From: Cladosporium halotolerans
Lineage: Eukaryota
Length of the DNA: 46,748 bases
Reading direction: 5' to 3'
Assembly: GCF_011745625.1 (NCBI RefSeq)
Contig: NW_027191517.1
Location: 1-46,748, forward strand
This document shows positions 45,601 through 46,748 of this stretch, in pieces; position 1 is the first letter of the stretch; every line of letters starts with the position of its first letter. A program made the position numbers and the translations under genes. Below the pieces are notes generated by a model that was not told the origin of the DNA, did no database searches, and saw nothing but the letters and a program-made list of their open reading frames with translations.

Positions 45601-46748
45601 TGAAGAAGAGAGGTGGGCGAAGTTGAGGAGGGCAGACTTGAACGTGAGTCTGAGGGAAATGCTAGGGCCGAGTGCTTCATTTAGAGGCTCACAACTGGAA
45701 GGGCTGAAGGCAATCGCGTCGGGCGAGCCGAAAGTGGTGATGGTAATGAGGACCGGAGGAGGAAAGAGTCTGATGTTCATGCTACCGGCGTTTTGCTCAG
45801 TGGGAGGGGTGACGGTGGTGGTGGTGCCGTTGATCTCGCTAAGGAGCGATCTGGAAAGGAGATGCAAGGAGATTGGGATCAGCGCAGGGAGATGGCCCGA
45901 CCAGACCGCCAGGCACGCGAGAATCGTGCTAGTAACACCCGAGAGTGCGGTGACGAAGGCGTTCAACAGGTTCATCAACGGCAAGCTGGCAACTGGAGAG
46001 CTAGATAGGATAGTAATCGACGAGAGCCACATTGTTCTGGACTCGACGGAGACATGGAGGCCGAAAGTGCTCGAGCTGGCAGAGTTTGCGGGAAGGGGAT
46101 GCCAGATGGTATATCTCACAGCAACATTACCACCGAAGGAAGAGCCGAGTTGGCTCGAAGCGATGGGCTTAGAGAAGAAGACGGTGCGGATGATAAGAGA
46201 CTCGACGACAAGGAGGAACATCGCTTACCAGGTGGTCGAGTACGACAAGGGGGAAGAAGAGGAGAGGGTAGCAGACTTGGTAGGCAGGAAATTGGAAGAA
46301 CACAAGGAGGGACAGATCATAGTGTATTGCCGGAGGGTAGAGCAGTGCAAGAAGATCGGAGAGGTGCTGAGGTGTCCAGTGTACTACAGGGGCGTCGGAG
46401 ACGAAGAACTGAAGAGGAAGATTCTGGAACAGCTAGTCAAGGGGACGCACAGAGTGTTCGCGGCGACGACAGCGATGGGAATGGGGGTGGACGCACCACA
46501 CATCAGGGTGGTGGTACACGTGGGAGTGAAGGAATTGGTGAGAGATTACGCACAGGAAAGCGGAAGGGCGGGAAGAGATGGAGAGGCAAGCGAGGCGATT
46601 TTGATGAGAGGCTACAACGCGGTAGGAGGCCGGAAAATCTATCCACAATCCTATCCACAATCCTTCAAAGATTCCGGGGCAGATTCCATGATAATGTATG
46701 GGAGGCACGGGCCACCAAATTTGGCAGAAGGGGCAGATTCCATGATAA
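42650..46748 (+). CDS. Element D: DUF3505-like Zn finger + tyrosine-recombinase-like domain + RecQ helicase in one ORF (at least 1366 codons, open to the window end, absent from the ORF track)
   Basis: MDAFESLF…IIVCRDCKFAVVPDQIKAHL; HMAGGAPARGTE, GYHKG, TWRQL, QSGHSKRMEELIYG; TGGGKS, VVVPLISL, DESH, LTATLP, IVYC, ATTAMGMGVD, AQESGRAGRDG. Frame spot-checked at several points, and the ORF track lists no stop-terminated ORF in this frame. Confidence 0.88.
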   Translation, partial: MDAFESLFVHFQNFQIIVCRDCKFAVVPDQIKAHLSQNHRTLTVSTRKRIIEQVEKLDHVAYRSEDVVYPAVEQQAIQELGPVIEQCLQCKACGLLRVSRKGIEAHCRKEHGWNSTKSRGGRGSLRSRPAENQPFTEGHCCQRFFKYAQWTKLFKVLPPAPRMQGSGHGSEPDDRAQKLTDEVADGLKKKLREAHHHRKVDVSDVRSEMDPWLEHTSWAHHLAGFEKEELRASLSAAPKLEADERGIESVDEEEEAIERACRATGRVIKKAMDVSSPRTIPRSALHYVNRKETGAANNETPFYSKHEASTQKKYSRVWVSMLRYLWRSQTWENKPDYTLTDGQARRLGAMQSLARRETAALGKGARRNYEDELQWSIVLFWASMLDQELLDDEFQSGFLSAVAVLGLDTEDAGWVSVFNFTPKLAAIVTVCKALVVFMAYKQRQDDIERLTGEGINEKEARKEAVSVVEGVHDMVPRLLCLQEYGGPASPMDRVLHMKTFGMRIRFTEKAGARVTWMNRCQQVAIDKISFSMGDLRDALHTLWERCLGRLTKQLMFLQQEEELPTLHLDRLFDNPSDLTEGWSFLGDERNDEVLGRVRRPDGKDVESRKWLWSRAMREDRITKHFLHNIDMSEVGDRSELRWNTTKVEQYFREVTLFKEELIVLCHMAGGAPARGTEVVSIRTENGESARAQRGVFIDNGMVELVTGYHKGYSKSGEAKIIHRYLPEEVGKLLVYHLWLVEPFVHMLRWEVRGEFDFSKYLWEPEPEKKWEGEVDGVREEEESGSEEGGRESDGGEGSSGSESESSIGPSSESEADGGDDEGTAGDQIVSGREARSRPRNRGKAKEGKLQALSIDGFWNTERLKRVMKRELSKCQAGFFATPSTWRQLYPAIQRVHCPEEEVTKQLDRLYEGVSTEDRQMQSGHSKRMEELIYGILTTENPFSTQSEQASFRKVSVSWHRFMRWPSATGNGKPAIDLEKYRKMVEEERWAKLRRADLNVSLREMLGPSASFRGSQLEGLKAIASGEPKVVMVMRTGGGKSLMFMLPAFCSVGGVTVVVVPLISLRSDLERRCKEIGISAGRWPDQTARHARIVLVTPESAVTKAFNRFINGKLATGELDRIVIDESHIVLDSTETWRPKVLELAEFAGRGCQMVYLTATLPPKEEPSWLEAMGLEKKTVRMIRDSTTRRNIAYQVVEYDKGEEEERVADLVGRKLEEHKEGQIIVYCRRVEQCKKIGEVLRCPVYYRGVGDEELKRKILEQLVKGTHRVFAATTAMGMGVDAPHIRVVVHVGVKELVRDYAQESGRAGRDGEASEAILMRGYNAVGGRKIYPQSYPQSFKDSGADSMIMYGRHGPPNLAEGADSMI
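46650..46745 (+). repeat. 96-bp direct repeat, copy 2, preceded by a 12-bp tandem duplication CTATCCACAATC (46639-46662); may continue beyond the window
   Basis: Alignment to 42072-42167; GGGGCAGATTCCATGA at 46676 and 46730. Confidence 0.95.

Noticed and set aside
44092..46221. Minus-strand ORFs of 176 and 258 aa
   Set aside because: Antisense shadows of the long + strand ORF D.
42072..46745. Treating the 96-bp repeats as retrotransposon LTRs or a CRISPR-like array
   Set aside because: No TG…CA ends, no RT/integrase between them, only two units per copy, and the intervening 38 bp is conserved between copies rather than being a unique spacer.
33235..46748. Calling the YR-like ORFs Starship captains (DUF3435)
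   Set aside because: The architecture (N-terminal DUF3505-like finger, fused RecQ) and motif context differ from captains, and no Starship boundary is visible.

Overview
Filamentous-ascomycete DNA (short GT/GC-AG introns, RIP-like decay) from a transposon-rich accessory region. Left part (about 5.5-27.3 kb): an apparently intact arsenic-detoxification cluster with arsH, ACR3 divergent from a Cdc25/ACR2-type arsenate reductase, arsM, and two related bZIP factors sharing an unusual C-terminal domain. It is interleaved with a PHO89-type phosphate symporter divergent from an alpha-arrestin, two decayed monocarboxylate-type MFS genes, an alkaline phosphatase relic, a dead hAT transposon and an intact Fot1/pogo transposon. 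Right part (about 27.8-46.7 kb): a Copia relic and a same-strand array of four diverged large ORFs (plus two relics) with the architecture Zn-finger (DUF3505-like) / tyrosine-recombinase-like domain / RecQ helicase, resembling telomere-linked helicases. Several copies are cut inside the helicase, and two junctions carry the same 96-bp repeat. I read these as a nested family of tyrosine-recombinase-helicase mobile elements, the most interesting signal here. All family assignments are from motif recognition by eye; no searches were run.
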